64,000 nt of DNA from a virus (Duplodnaviria > Caudoviricetes), in IMG/VR virus record IMGVR_UViG_3300037312_000330, positions 1 through 64,000 of that record, one strand, 5' to 3'. The notes beneath the pieces were generated by a model. It was given only the letters and a program-made list of their open reading frames with translations. It was not told the origin of the DNA and did no database searches. The translations under genes were made by a program, and so were the position numbers. Positions within the stretch are counted from its first letter, which is position 1. Every line of letters begins with the position of its first letter. This document shows positions 46,157 to 55,904 of the stretch, piece after piece.

Positions 46157-46575
46157 GTCGAACTAGCTTTCAAAGAGAACGAGAAGTTACCTTGCTGGTC
46201 AAGGCCGACTATGTTATACCAAATCTGCACTTGGAAAGATGCAGTGTTTAGGTCCGGGTCGACACGAGTGCGGTTCATGTCGATTTCTATGCGCGGCTCC
46301 CATCGTTGGATGGCCTGGATGAACACTACACGGATCTTGTTGGCCGTGATGTAATCTAGAGGCTCGTGAATTAGATTCATGAGTCCAGTGCCGTACTCTG
46401 GCTGTCCTATAGGGCCACGCGCACCAATTGGACACGTGAAGAGATTGTAGAGACTGTTGTTGATTGCCTGAATGTTGGAAACCAAGTCTGGTTTACCATT
46501 TAGGTCCATCAACGTATTGATGTCTAGCCAGACTACATTGGTAATCTGGAACTGTGGTAGAACACTTGTGCTCAT
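46153..46575 (-). CDS. baseplate wedge gp25/gpW-like protein
   Basis: NLFTCPIGAR...PEYGTGL..LIHEP...IQRWEPRI. Confidence 0.9.
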   Translation of the reverse strand: MSTSVLPQFQITNVVWLDINTLMDLNGKPDLVSNIQAINNSLYNLFTCPIGARGPIGQPEYGTGLMNLIHEPLDYITANKIRVVFIQAIQRWEPRIEIDMNRTRVDPDLNTASFQVQIWYNIVGLDQQGNFSFSLKASST

Positions 46576-46578
46576 AGA

Positions 46579-47202
46579 TTATTCCGGTTGTCCAGTTGTA
46601 TCTGGTCCACTTTGAACACCACCATGGACGTGATGTTTCAGACTGATACCGTCCGCAATCACGTCACCGTTGTTGACATTCACTGTGCTGTCATTGATAT
46701 TGATAGTGTTACTAGCAGCATGGATGTTAATCGTTCCATCTCCATCGATCTGGATTGTCGTGCCAGAAACAAACTGCGCCAACATCTTCGGAGTGGCATT
46801 CGGAGTAGTGTCTACAAAGAACAAGTTGCCTTCTGGGTCCTTCCAACCAAATCGTTTGAGATAGTTGGTCAAGAATTCTGCGGGCGTTTGTCCCTTGGTG
46901 AACGGGAATGCTTCGTATAGAGGATAGAGTGGTTTTCCCTGCTGAAAGACCACTACTACCTTGCTTCCAATTGGTGGCACAAGGTGGAATGATCCGTAGG
47001 CATTCGTATTTGGGAACCATCCGTTGATGTTTGGACTGATCCACGGCAGATTGTTCGGATCACCCTCGAACAGTTTCGGAATGCTAACCTTGATGCGTCG
47101 AGCCTGGTCCGGGTCGTCGTTGACTACAACTGTGCCAACCAGACGCACCCCCTTTAGATCGCTGGTTTCATCTGTGTGTTGGATGCCATTGAATGAGGGC
47201 AT
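46579..47202 (-). CDS. baseplate central spike (gpV/gp5-like)
   Basis: N-terminal OB fold (DPDQARRIKV...LPW...VPPIGSKVVV.F..G) and C-terminal LKHHVHGGV metal-binding apex. Confidence 0.9.
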   Translation of the reverse strand: MPSFNGIQHTDETSDLKGVRLVGTVVVNDDPDQARRIKVSIPKLFEGDPNNLPWISPNINGWFPNTNAYGSFHLVPPIGSKVVVVFQQGKPLYPLYEAFPFTKGQTPAEFLTNYLKRFGWKDPEGNLFFVDTTPNATPKMLAQFVSGTTIQIDGDGTINIHAASNTININDSTVNVNNGDVIADGISLKHHVHGGVQSGPDTTGQPE

Positions 47203-47203
47203 A

Positions 47204-48328
47204 TTACACCTGTGTACTATCGGATGTGTTGTTCGTTCCCTGACGGAATGCTTCCACCTTCTGATAGAAGTTCATGTTCTCTATGTATACCACTTTGCTA
47301 GTCACCATGTATTTGCCACTAATCGATGTGACTGATGTAGCGCCAGGATGCGACAAATCGCAGGAGACCACATCCATGATGTTTGCGTTCACAATGCGCG
47401 GGGTGACAAACTCTACACCGTAGGTGAACAAGTTGGACAGACGTTCGTTTTGATAGCGAGCTTGTTCATAGTTGTCATGTACGTTCCCAACATCGATTGG
47501 GGCAAACGACACCTTGTTTTGCACCACACCTTGTGCGATCGTAGCACTCATGCTCAAGTAACGACTATTCTTCTTGACTGTTAGATCGCGAACAACATTA
47601 TCCGTTGTGTTCAGAAACGATTGTCGTACTTGCTCGTGTTTGTACCCAGTCGTAGCGTTGTAGAAACCGCTCTTATTCAGCATACTGAAATCAGTGATGA
47701 TCGCCTGCTCACTGGATTCGACATTCGAGAAAGATTGTTGTACACCCAACTTGCTGAAGTCAGATATGTTGAGCACTCGCATCTTCTTGTCGATTGTCAC
47801 TCCCATCTGAATGCAGGAAGTAGCATCTATGTAGCAGTGTCGAACAATGTCACGAGCAAACTCTGCGCGTCGCTTGTTCTGTGGTATCCATATCTGCTGG
47901 TCGTTGGTGGTTATCCCGTCGTATGTCATGTTGCACTGACTGCAGAGGGTTTGCAGCGCAGTGCTGGCAGTGCTGTTCAAGGGTGTGTTGATCGATTCTG
48001 TCCAATAGCGAGGCACATCCAAGTAGCAGTAAAGGATGTAGGTAGTCGTTCCATTGACCATCTGCGACTTATGGGAAAACAGTCTGAACGGATAGATGAT
48101 CTTTTTCTGTTGCACTGACAACGACACTGTGACGGTCGTTCCGTCCTCTAAGATATCGTTGCGAGCAAAGAACTTCGCTACGTCCTGAAAGCGCAGGGTC
48201 ATCATCGGCACATACAACCGCACGGACTCTACTACATGGAAGTAGTCCAGCATATTGTGTTCCAACTGGACTGGCGTACCCCCAATCTGTAGTTGGAAAT
48301 CAAGCCGGTCCTTTACGGAGTAGGACAT
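47204..48328 (-). CDS. baseplate hub (gp27/gpD-like)
   Basis: Lies upstream of the spike gene. Ends with ISGKYMVTSKVVYI. Confidence 0.65.
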   Translation of the reverse strand: MSYSVKDRLDFQLQIGGTPVQLEHNMLDYFHVVESVRLYVPMMTLRFQDVAKFFARNDILEDGTTVTVSLSVQQKKIIYPFRLFSHKSQMVNGTTTYILYCYLDVPRYWTESINTPLNSTASTALQTLCSQCNMTYDGITTNDQQIWIPQNKRRAEFARDIVRHCYIDATSCIQMGVTIDKKMRVLNISDFSKLGVQQSFSNVESSEQAIITDFSMLNKSGFYNATTGYKHEQVRQSFLNTTDNVVRDLTVKKNSRYLSMSATIAQGVVQNKVSFAPIDVGNVHDNYEQARYQNERLSNLFTYGVEFVTPRIVNANIMDVVSCDLSHPGATSVTSISGKYMVTSKVVYIENMNFYQKVEAFRQGTNNTSDSTQV

Positions 48329-48340
48329 ACAGACCTCAAA

Positions 48341-48685
48341 TCAGATGGTGACCGTAGCGTTGACCACGTTGCTGTCTTGGCTGGTCAGGAAGTTATTGAT
48401 GTCAGCCAACGAAGGAAGATTGAGCACCGTGCCTGGAGCAATCTCAGATATCGGATCGAGAATACCGTTGAACATGCAGAGCACCCACCAATAGCCCTTG
48501 TCACCATAGATGGCGAAAGCCAGACCAAAAGAGTTCGCTGTGTCGCTCTGTGTCACTGTGTATTGCTGTTTGGGCTGGATGCGGAACTTGATATTCTTGT
48601 ACTTGGCCGACAGATAATTGAGACGCCCAGGATCGATGCTGGGCTTCAAATAGGCGGCTCGATTCAGGTCAATGAATGCTGCCAT
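48341..48685 (-). CDS. LysM-like baseplate protein (gpX/gp53-like)
   Basis: YTVTQSDT...LAFAIYGD..YWWVL..FNGI.DP...I.PG..L.LP. Confidence 0.8.
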   Translation of the reverse strand: MAAFIDLNRAAYLKPSIDPGRLNYLSAKYKNIKFRIQPKQQYTVTQSDTANSFGLAFAIYGDKGYWWVLCMFNGILDPISEIAPGTVLNLPSLADINNFLTSQDSNVVNATVTI

Positions 48686-48687
48686 GA

Positions 48688-49626
48688 TTATCCAACATTA
48701 CGTAGACTAGAGAATCGTTGTGCGACACTTGATCCTCCGAATCCGGTTTGTCCGGACGACGAAGCACCATCCTGCGCAGCCGGGAACATGCCTTCGATGT
48801 CTCGCTCAGTAGGTGTGTAGAATGTGCGGAACTGAACCACTACTGTCGCACGCTGTGGGTTCTTGTCGGGACCCAGAACAACGTCGAATGTGGGACTGAC
48901 GTCTGTAACCACCACACTCGGGAAATATTGGAACTGTCCAATGTAGAGACTGATGTTGTTCTTGACACTATTGACGATCGCGTTACTGATCGGCTGTGCC
49001 ACAGTGTTCGCCATGTTGCGAACGGTTCCCACAGGGTCGTTCATAACCTGACGTCCAGTATCGATCATTGATCCAGCAGCGTTCAACAGACCACCACCTA
49101 CATCGCCACCGATCTTGGACAGAGTTGGACCAACTTGTGAAATCAACTTGTCCGGGTCAAGACGCGGTCCTGGCGCTTCCAACAGACCACCGCCTTGTGG
49201 GTCCTTAGGCATCATTAGCTTCATGAGATCTTTGATCGGTTTCATGACGTCTGACACACCGCTGTTCTCAGCTTGGAATATCAGAGGCAGACTGAACTGG
49301 ATGTTAGAACCGCCTTGCCATACCTGGATGGTCAGTGCTTGCGTAGTCAAGCTGAGACCAGCGAATCGAGCCATCGCGCCAAGTTTCTCGTTGACCGCAC
49401 TTCCCATGCCTTGAGCATACGGAGCATCGTAATTAGCGTTGATATCGACATTCACCTGATCTGGAAGCCACGCCTCTACCAGAATCCCTTGTTCTTGGCA
49501 GACAATGAACGCTTTGTATGCGAGCTCGCGTATATTCTGCTCGAGATTACCGCTTAGCTGACGTCCAGATTCGGCTAGCGACTGAGACATCGGCTTAGAT
49601 AGAACTTCACCAAATGTACTTGCCAT
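48688..49626 (-). CDS. tail-tube initiator / baseplate protein (gp48/54-like)
   Basis: Gene position and the YFPSVVVTDVSPTF...ATVVVQFRT pattern. Confidence 0.55.
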   Translation of the reverse strand: MASTFGEVLSKPMSQSLAESGRQLSGNLEQNIRELAYKAFIVCQEQGILVEAWLPDQVNVDINANYDAPYAQGMGSAVNEKLGAMARFAGLSLTTQALTIQVWQGGSNIQFSLPLIFQAENSGVSDVMKPIKDLMKLMMPKDPQGGGLLEAPGPRLDPDKLISQVGPTLSKIGGDVGGGLLNAAGSMIDTGRQVMNDPVGTVRNMANTVAQPISNAIVNSVKNNISLYIGQFQYFPSVVVTDVSPTFDVVLGPDKNPQRATVVVQFRTFYTPTERDIEGMFPAAQDGASSSGQTGFGGSSVAQRFSSLRNVG

Positions 49627-49633
49627 GATAGAC

Positions 49634-50845
49634 CTACGTGTTGACTACGTATATGCGATTGTCACGACCGCGGATTATAGTCTTATTCAACGAACTGTTG
49701 TCACTTCCGTTGCCTGCAACCAGAGGCGGTTGCTGCGGCTTGGACTGTCTGTCTGGTTTCTCCCACGTAACATCGGGAGCCTGTTCTGCAGACGCAGTCA
49801 CTTGTGGAACGGCTTGCTGAACGGCGACTGGTCCTTTGCTATCAACTCCAGGGCGGTAGCTAGTTTGCGCAACATGGCTGCTCGCAATGCTGCTGCCACC
49901 TGTTGCCGACCCCTGTTCCGGAGTGTGGAGTGCAACTTCAACAGTCTGCGGGTTTGAAATGCCCGATTGATTTGGCTCTGCTTCTTGAGCATAGCTGATG
50001 ATCTTTCCTTCTTGCTTCGCCAGTATCTGTCGCAGTGTTAACGGTTTCGATCTGTTTCCGTGCTCGTAGAAGACATTAGGATTCGCCTTCGCTGCCTTCG
50101 GGAACATCTCAGCACCGATCGCATTCGGGTTTTGTCGGAGTGCTTTGAGGAAACTACTTGCTCCAGAAGGACCCAAGAAGTATCCCATGTAGACTTCGCC
50201 ATACGTGGGCTTTCTGCCTAGGACGCGTTGCAGCGTGGTCGTTATCGAATTGATATACAGACTAGCAACTTCTGCCGACTTCTGCGGATCTTTCCGATCT
50301 GCAGCCGTGTATGGCAGATGATATTGGCGACACAGGTCTGACCACGTTCCCTCTGTGAACTGGAACAAACCAACTGCTGAACTTGTATCAGCGCCTACGT
50401 CACTTCGGAACGATGATTCTGCACCAGCTACAGCGTACAGGAGAGCATAGTCTACCTTCTTCATCGCGGCTGCATTTTTTATTGCAACCCTTGTCGACGC
50501 ATCGGCCCTGGAGGTCTTAACTCGAGTGTTTGAGACATCTCCAACTAAAGGACTCGATGTTGAAGTTACTCCAATTGGGGTAACGCTTTGTTCGCCAGCG
50601 TCACCACCCGCATCCGCTCCAGGTTCTTCCTTCTTTTCACTCTTCAGTTCAGCAAATGCAAAGATAGAAGCAATGGCAGCCAGAATTGGTCCGACCGTCA
50701 TCACAATGTTCACCAAGCCGCTCTCTGATTCATCAGATTTCTGTGCATCAATAAGAGCATGCGCGGCAAACAAACGACTTCGGTGTCGCTCGTGCTTGAA
50801 CATGTCTAGCAGTTGGGAGGCGACTGTATTACGCTTCTCAAACAC
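49634..50845 (-). CDS. virion lytic transglycosylase (SLT domain)
   Basis: AVAGAESSF (catalytic Glu), SSAVGLFQFTEGTW, DPQKSAE and YMGYFLGPSG. Confidence 0.85.
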   Translation of the reverse strand: MFEKRNTVASQLLDMFKHERHRSRLFAAHALIDAQKSDESESGLVNIVMTVGPILAAIASIFAFAELKSEKKEEPGADAGGDAGEQSVTPIGVTSTSSPLVGDVSNTRVKTSRADASTRVAIKNAAAMKKVDYALLYAVAGAESSFRSDVGADTSSAVGLFQFTEGTWSDLCRQYHLPYTAADRKDPQKSAEVASLYINSITTTLQRVLGRKPTYGEVYMGYFLGPSGASSFLKALRQNPNAIGAEMFPKAAKANPNVFYEHGNRSKPLTLRQILAKQEGKIISYAQEAEPNQSGISNPQTVEVALHTPEQGSATGGSSIASSHVAQTSYRPGVDSKGPVAVQQAVPQVTASAEQAPDVTWEKPDRQSKPQQPPLVAGNGSDNSSLNKTIIRGRDNRIYVVNT

Positions 50846-50862
50846 GAATCACCTCCTTTCTG

Positions 50863-53673
50863 TTAGACAATACCTGTGTTAAGGGCCAAGAACAATCCGT
50901 CAGAGTTGTCGAATGTAGGTATCGACGATGCAGATACACGAGTGCCGCCTACAGAGCCACTGCCACCTGTTGTCATATTAGTTGTCGCACCGCTGTCGGT
51001 TCCTACACCAACTCCAGCACCTGGAGGCGGTTCGTAGTTCGCATTGGTCACGGAAGGTGCAGATTGTCTGGCTGCTATGGAACCTTGTTCTGGTGTTCGT
51101 TTTCCACCTTGATCGACTGGCGCATCCGCACTATAGACACCTTGCTTGGCAGAAGCGACAGAAACACCTACAGGCTGTACATGCCACTTCTCATTAGGTA
51201 TTGGACGTGTAAATCCGTACTTCGACAACAGACCTAGCTTATCCAACTCATTGGCTTGCGTGCTGGGGATGTCAACTGCAAGACCGAAGTTGTGCAGAGA
51301 AGATCCCGGTTTGCCAGCCATCCCAGGAGGCTTAGTCCGATACAGCTTTTCTTGCTCTTCCATCGAGCGATACGCAGAGTTGAAGTTCAACTTCTTCCCT
51401 GTGGCATCGTAGTATTCCTGACCCATGCGGACCAGAGCATCCTGCATTTGTGGCTGAACACCGTCTACATCCACTCCCGTGCTCTTCGTGAAGATCTTCC
51501 CCATGTGGTCGCTGATGCTTCCTCCATTGGATCCGTCCTTCTTCTCTGATCCACCAACAGTGCTTCCTGGTATTGCAGCGCCCGCCGCAGAACCCACGGA
51601 TACAGGAACAACCGATGGCGTTGGCGGCACTTCTGTGGACGACACAGAAGGTGCAACTCCTGTTGGATTGACAGAACCTCGTCCAGCACCTGCACTGCTA
51701 GGAGTTATTCCTTGTGGAAGTGGTTTCCCCTTGTCAGGAGATGGAGTGACCTTTCCCCTTGCTTCACGTGGATTGTTTGGACTACCAGCACCCGTTCCCT
51801 TGAGAATCTGCTCAATTTTGTCGTCGTTGGTTTGTCCTCCCATGATATGGGTGGCGAAGTTAGATACAGAGTCTACTCCCTTACCGATCTGATCGCCGTA
51901 GTGTTCGTAGATCTTAGATCCAACGTAGTATCCGGCTGCACCTGCGCCAGCGACTAGACCAGCTTGTCCCAGCATTCCCATTAAAGGACCGACTTTGGTT
52001 ACTAGACCACCTACTTCTTCAAGTAGAGGCTGCACCAGCGAACCAATACCTTTGGATTCTGAGGATTTTTTGCTACGACCACGCAACTCTGCCAACAAGC
52101 GATTGTTGAATCGCTCCATTGAAGCAGAGTGTTTAGTCAACACGTCTACCAAGTCGGCGAGTTCTTCGTTCTTCTTCCCTGCTTCTTTTCGTCTTTCCTT
52201 CTGGGCGTCTTCCATGCGTTCTTCGGCAGCAGCTTCTGCTGCCACTGGATTAGACGTACCAACTTGTTGCGGGGCTACTTCCGGCAGTTCTGGGGCGATT
52301 TCACGGGAGTTAGCGTCGCTGCTTTCCTTTGACTTGAATGCGCCGCTCGCATGACGATCACGATTCTTGGCTGCTGCTATACGTTTTTCGTTCTTCGGCC
52401 TCGGTGGTCCAAACACTTCCGGTGCGGGTGGTCCAACAAACTCGGACTTCTTAGCTCGTTTAGTCGCATTTTTGGAGCTTTTCTGTGCTTTGACAATCGC
52501 TTGTTGTGCAGCAGCTTCTGCATCCGCGTGGTCTTTATTCTCAGTAGGAGAAGTGAGTTTCTTCCCCTTTCTAGCTGTCTTACGCTGCTCCTTGCTCCAA
52601 GTCAATGGGTCATCCGGATCGTACTCGACAGGTGGAATGCCTACTGACTGAGATACAGGCTTCGGTGTTACTTCATGATCCAGAGCAAAGATGGAGGGGT
52701 CCTCATCACCCGGTCTCTGACGCATAATGCGGCGCGCTTGCATGTAGCGATTCACGGACTTGACACCATGCGCAACAGACTTGCCAGCTCCGTACATTTT
52801 GCCAATGCCGCGAGCAACACCGCCAACACCGAAAAGGTCCAGTGTCCCCATCGCAGCACGCGCCATACCTGCTCGCATCTTCTCGTGCGATTCTTTCAGA
52901 TATTCCGACGCTTGTTCCTGAGCCTTCATAATGGACTCAGTCCGTTCGTCCAGTTCCTCGAATTTTTCTTGCAGTTCCTCTGGCAATTTGGCTAGCTGCT
53001 TCTGCACGTCTTCCAACAACTTGCCAACTTGAGCGTTTGCTTCATGATCGTTCTTGCTCAGATCGGAGTGGCCTATCGTCAAGACAAGCTTCTTCTCCAT
53101 TTCTTCGAGTTGCTCAATCTCTTTGCGACTCAAGCCATCTGCATTCTCTTCCTTATGCTGACGCACTGCATACAACTTGCGGATGGCATCATTTCGTAGG
53201 TTCTGGAACTTGTTGTTTTGTTTGACGAAGTCCTTGTTCTCTTGTTCGATCTTCTTCAAGTTGGCCTTAGCTTCGGCCATCATGCGCTTGTATGCGACAC
53301 GTTCCTGTACAGAAACGCCGGGCTTGCTAAGCCCATTCATCGCCTTTGCGATCTTTTCCAGCTCCTGCTTCGGGGCTTTGATCATGCGATACTGCAATGC
53401 TTGTGCAATACCGTCATAGTCGTAAGCATCGAAATCGAAGTCTTCTTCCTTCTTCTTTTTCTTAGAAGGAGTAGCAGGCTTCGATGGAAGAGATGTCTTG
53501 GGTGGAATCGCTGGCTTTGGTTTCGCAGCCACCGGTTTCTTCACAGGAGCTGTCACCTTCCCACCAGCAGATGGAGCAGGTGCCGAAGCAGAAGGTTGTG
53601 AACCCCCTTTCTTCGGCGGCTCGTCGTCATCATCTAGAAAGATGTCGGCATCAGATGGCGGCTTGGTAGCCAT
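50863..53673 (-). CDS. tape-measure-like protein with C-terminal M15 (VanY-like) peptidase
   Basis: Long helical region, Gly/Ala-rich GAAGYYVG segment, and NSAYRS..EQ..LY...AGKPGSSLHNFGLAVD...EKWHV. Confidence 0.75.
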   Translation of the reverse strand: MATKPPSDADIFLDDDDEPPKKGGSQPSASAPAPSAGGKVTAPVKKPVAAKPKPAIPPKTSLPSKPATPSKKKKKEEDFDFDAYDYDGIAQALQYRMIKAPKQELEKIAKAMNGLSKPGVSVQERVAYKRMMAEAKANLKKIEQENKDFVKQNNKFQNLRNDAIRKLYAVRQHKEENADGLSRKEIEQLEEMEKKLVLTIGHSDLSKNDHEANAQVGKLLEDVQKQLAKLPEELQEKFEELDERTESIMKAQEQASEYLKESHEKMRAGMARAAMGTLDLFGVGGVARGIGKMYGAGKSVAHGVKSVNRYMQARRIMRQRPGDEDPSIFALDHEVTPKPVSQSVGIPPVEYDPDDPLTWSKEQRKTARKGKKLTSPTENKDHADAEAAAQQAIVKAQKSSKNATKRAKKSEFVGPPAPEVFGPPRPKNEKRIAAAKNRDRHASGAFKSKESSDANSREIAPELPEVAPQQVGTSNPVAAEAAAEERMEDAQKERRKEAGKKNEELADLVDVLTKHSASMERFNNRLLAELRGRSKKSSESKGIGSLVQPLLEEVGGLVTKVGPLMGMLGQAGLVAGAGAAGYYVGSKIYEHYGDQIGKGVDSVSNFATHIMGGQTNDDKIEQILKGTGAGSPNNPREARGKVTPSPDKGKPLPQGITPSSAGAGRGSVNPTGVAPSVSSTEVPPTPSVVPVSVGSAAGAAIPGSTVGGSEKKDGSNGGSISDHMGKIFTKSTGVDVDGVQPQMQDALVRMGQEYYDATGKKLNFNSAYRSMEEQEKLYRTKPPGMAGKPGSSLHNFGLAVDIPSTQANELDKLGLLSKYGFTRPIPNEKWHVQPVGVSVASAKQGVYSADAPVDQGGKRTPEQGSIAARQSAPSVTNANYEPPPGAGVGVGTDSGATTNMTTGGSGSVGGTRVSASSIPTFDNSDGLFLALNTGIV

Positions 53674-53680
53674 AGGTTCC

Positions 53681-53830
53681 TCACTGATTCAGGCGCTTCT
53701 TAACGCGATTGTCTACCGCGTTGGATACGTGTATGAACATCCGGAGATCCATGTTCAGATCAAGAAGCTGGTTGTGCTCGCGCAGCACCAGATCTATACG
53801 ATTGAACAGATTGTCTTCCGTGATGTTAGG
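53681..53830 (-). CDS. putative +1 frameshift extension of the tail assembly chaperone (48 aa)
   Basis: Open frame PNITEDNLFNRIDLVLREHNQLLDLNMDLRMFIHVSNAVDNRVKKRLNQ* has no start codon of its own at the 5' end. Its TGA overlaps the RBS of the next gene. Confidence 0.65.
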   Translation of the reverse strand, partial: PNITEDNLFNRIDLVLREHNQLLDLNMDLRMFIHVSNAVDNRVKKRLNQ

Positions 53831-55088
53831 GAAGAAACGTGAGCGCGTCTACCGAGAGTTTCACTCGGTGAGACGCGCCACACTCCTTGCATCGCAGAAC
53901 AGTTGCTTCAGACACGCCGTAATTGGTCACAGCTTCGATGTATTTGTCGAGTTCAAAGATCTCGTCACTAGACATCTGCTTGACTATCTCATTGCGTTCC
54001 AGGATAGTGTTACGTCCAGGACCGCGTCTCAGGAACACCGACCTGACTTGCAACCACTCTACCTCTGAGAAGGACTCGTCCGATTCTTCTTCAACAGACG
54101 CAGTGGTCTGATCGTCACCATACTCAGACTGTTCCTGCTGATCGAGGTAATCCTCCTCTTCTTGGAGCTCGGCAAACTCCACGATGTCTCGCATGGTTTC
54201 CACGTGTAGATCATATTTATCGATCAATTCTTGAAATGGGGACAGGTCCAATCCATCGAGATACTCTGTTTTCAGAGTGGTCTCATTGAGAATAGTGCTG
54301 ATGTCCAATGTCTTCGGATCAAGATAGTCTGAATGATCTGTACGCAGAATTGTGCGTCGTATGTGATCCTCATTAGTGCAGCTATACGGGATCAGTTGTG
54401 GGTTTTTGGGGAACGATTGTAACCGATGCCAGTACATAAGGAAATAGAAGTCCTGTGGTGTCAGATCGAATGCCGACACGCCTTCACCCAATGTAGATCC
54501 GATAGCTTCCACCACATATCGGATCTTCTTTTCTTTGGCAGCACGACTGAGTTTCGCTTGATGGATACCCTTCAACTGTGTGATAGTCAGTTGTTTGAAG
54601 TCATAGAACGCGAACTGTGAAGGCAATCCGATTGTTGTGAAATTTGGATCAGTTTCTGCTTGCGTCTTGACGTTAACTGTCTCGGGATCCACACCCTTAC
54701 GTTGACGTTCGAGCTCCAATCGCGTTGGTTTGCGTCGTGTGCTGAACGCGGCTTTTGCGACAGGTGCCTTCTGTTGAGATGCCTGATGTGTCTCGATGCG
54801 AGCACGCATTGGATGCCCAGGAGGTAGTTGATCCAGGATCTTCTGCTCTGGTGTGCGACCTTGCTTCGCTGCTTGTTGTGCTTGACGACTGGCGTTCAGA
54901 CGATCGCGTGCATCCGATTTTGGTACGGGAGCGGTGTCCGAAGATGTTCGTGCGTTTTGGTTGGGAGTCGGATCAGTCTGTCCCGGCCGATTCGCGGGAA
55001 AGGCGTGGTGCTCTTCAGAGACCACTTCGATCTTGTGAGTGGGGCGACCCGGAATTGTCCGAGTGCTGGAAGCGGGTTGGTTAGTCAT
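53826..55088 (-). CDS. tail assembly chaperone / baseplate hub assembly protein (T4 gp26-like)
   Basis: LPSQFAFY...LTPQDFYFLMYW.R..SF...YSC core and C-terminal YGV...CKECG...FLP. Sits between the tube genes and the tape measure. Confidence 0.75.
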   Translation of the reverse strand: MTNQPASSTRTIPGRPTHKIEVVSEEHHAFPANRPGQTDPTPNQNARTSSDTAPVPKSDARDRLNASRQAQQAAKQGRTPEQKILDQLPPGHPMRARIETHQASQQKAPVAKAAFSTRRKPTRLELERQRKGVDPETVNVKTQAETDPNFTTIGLPSQFAFYDFKQLTITQLKGIHQAKLSRAAKEKKIRYVVEAIGSTLGEGVSAFDLTPQDFYFLMYWHRLQSFPKNPQLIPYSCTNEDHIRRTILRTDHSDYLDPKTLDISTILNETTLKTEYLDGLDLSPFQELIDKYDLHVETMRDIVEFAELQEEEDYLDQQEQSEYGDDQTTASVEEESDESFSEVEWLQVRSVFLRRGPGRNTILERNEIVKQMSSDEIFELDKYIEAVTNYGVSEATVLRCKECGASHRVKLSVDALTFLP

Positions 55089-55124
55089 GTGTGGACCTCA
55101 TTGGGTGTTTGCTACTGCTGATGA

Positions 55125-55898
55125 TTAGCCGAATGACAGATCGACGAAGTTAGACGGAAAGACGTCAGGTAGTGCATTCAGCTTCGGAGGGAAATCCTTG
55201 CCGATTGTACTCATGACCGACGGGATGTCAGTGCTTGCGAACTTGCCGAACTTGATGTTCACCTCGTCCACACTGAACTCGCATCCTGCGACGACTCTTT
55301 CAGATTGAGAACTTCCGAGCTGATACTGGTCTGGCGTCAGGGGCCAAGTGCCGGTGTAATCTAAGCACATCACGGTCATCTTGGCGACGTCAAGAATCCA
55401 GATAGAGATTGTTTTCTTGTAGTCCTTAGGGAAATAGAACAGTCCAGTCTTCGCGTTCAAGACCATCGACTGCCACGAATTTATGTATTGCGCGACGGAA
55501 CCGTTGCTGTCTTCGTAGAACTTGAGTTGCAAGTTACCAACGTTGTACTTCTGTGCGAAGTGGTAGTTCTTACCAGCTCGATAATTCGAGATCTGTTCGA
55601 ACGTGATGAAAGGCAATGTAGCCTCTTCAACATGGAACCAGTCCAGTGCAGTTGAACCGTTAAGGACCGGCATATCGCACCACCAATTGAAGTTCATCAA
55701 TGGGTCTGCGCGACTCTTTGCGGCTGCCAGTGGATCCTTCTGCCCACGCGACGCAATAGCAGAAGCTTGGATGCCAGAGCTTTGTGAACGCGCAGCAGCA
55801 AAAGTGGCCCCCAGATCCGTCGCCTGTTGCGACATCGCTGGGAGCCTAGTGTTTGCCATACTGACGACCGCCGCTCTGGCGTCATCAAATAGCGACAT
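55125..55898 (-). CDS. second tail-tube-fold protein (tube initiator, gp54-like)
   Basis: DPLMNFNWWC...EATLP...FYEDSNG...W...YKKTISI...TGTWP pattern parallels the tube protein. Confidence 0.7.
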   Translation of the reverse strand: MSLFDDARAAVVSMANTRLPAMSQQATDLGATFAAARSQSSGIQASAIASRGQKDPLAAAKSRADPLMNFNWWCDMPVLNGSTALDWFHVEEATLPFITFEQISNYRAGKNYHFAQKYNVGNLQLKFYEDSNGSVAQYINSWQSMVLNAKTGLFYFPKDYKKTISIWILDVAKMTVMCLDYTGTWPLTPDQYQLGSSQSERVVAGCEFSVDEVNIKFGKFASTDIPSVMSTIGKDFPPKLNALPDVFPSNFVDLSFG

Positions 55899-55904
55899 GA
55901 CTTA

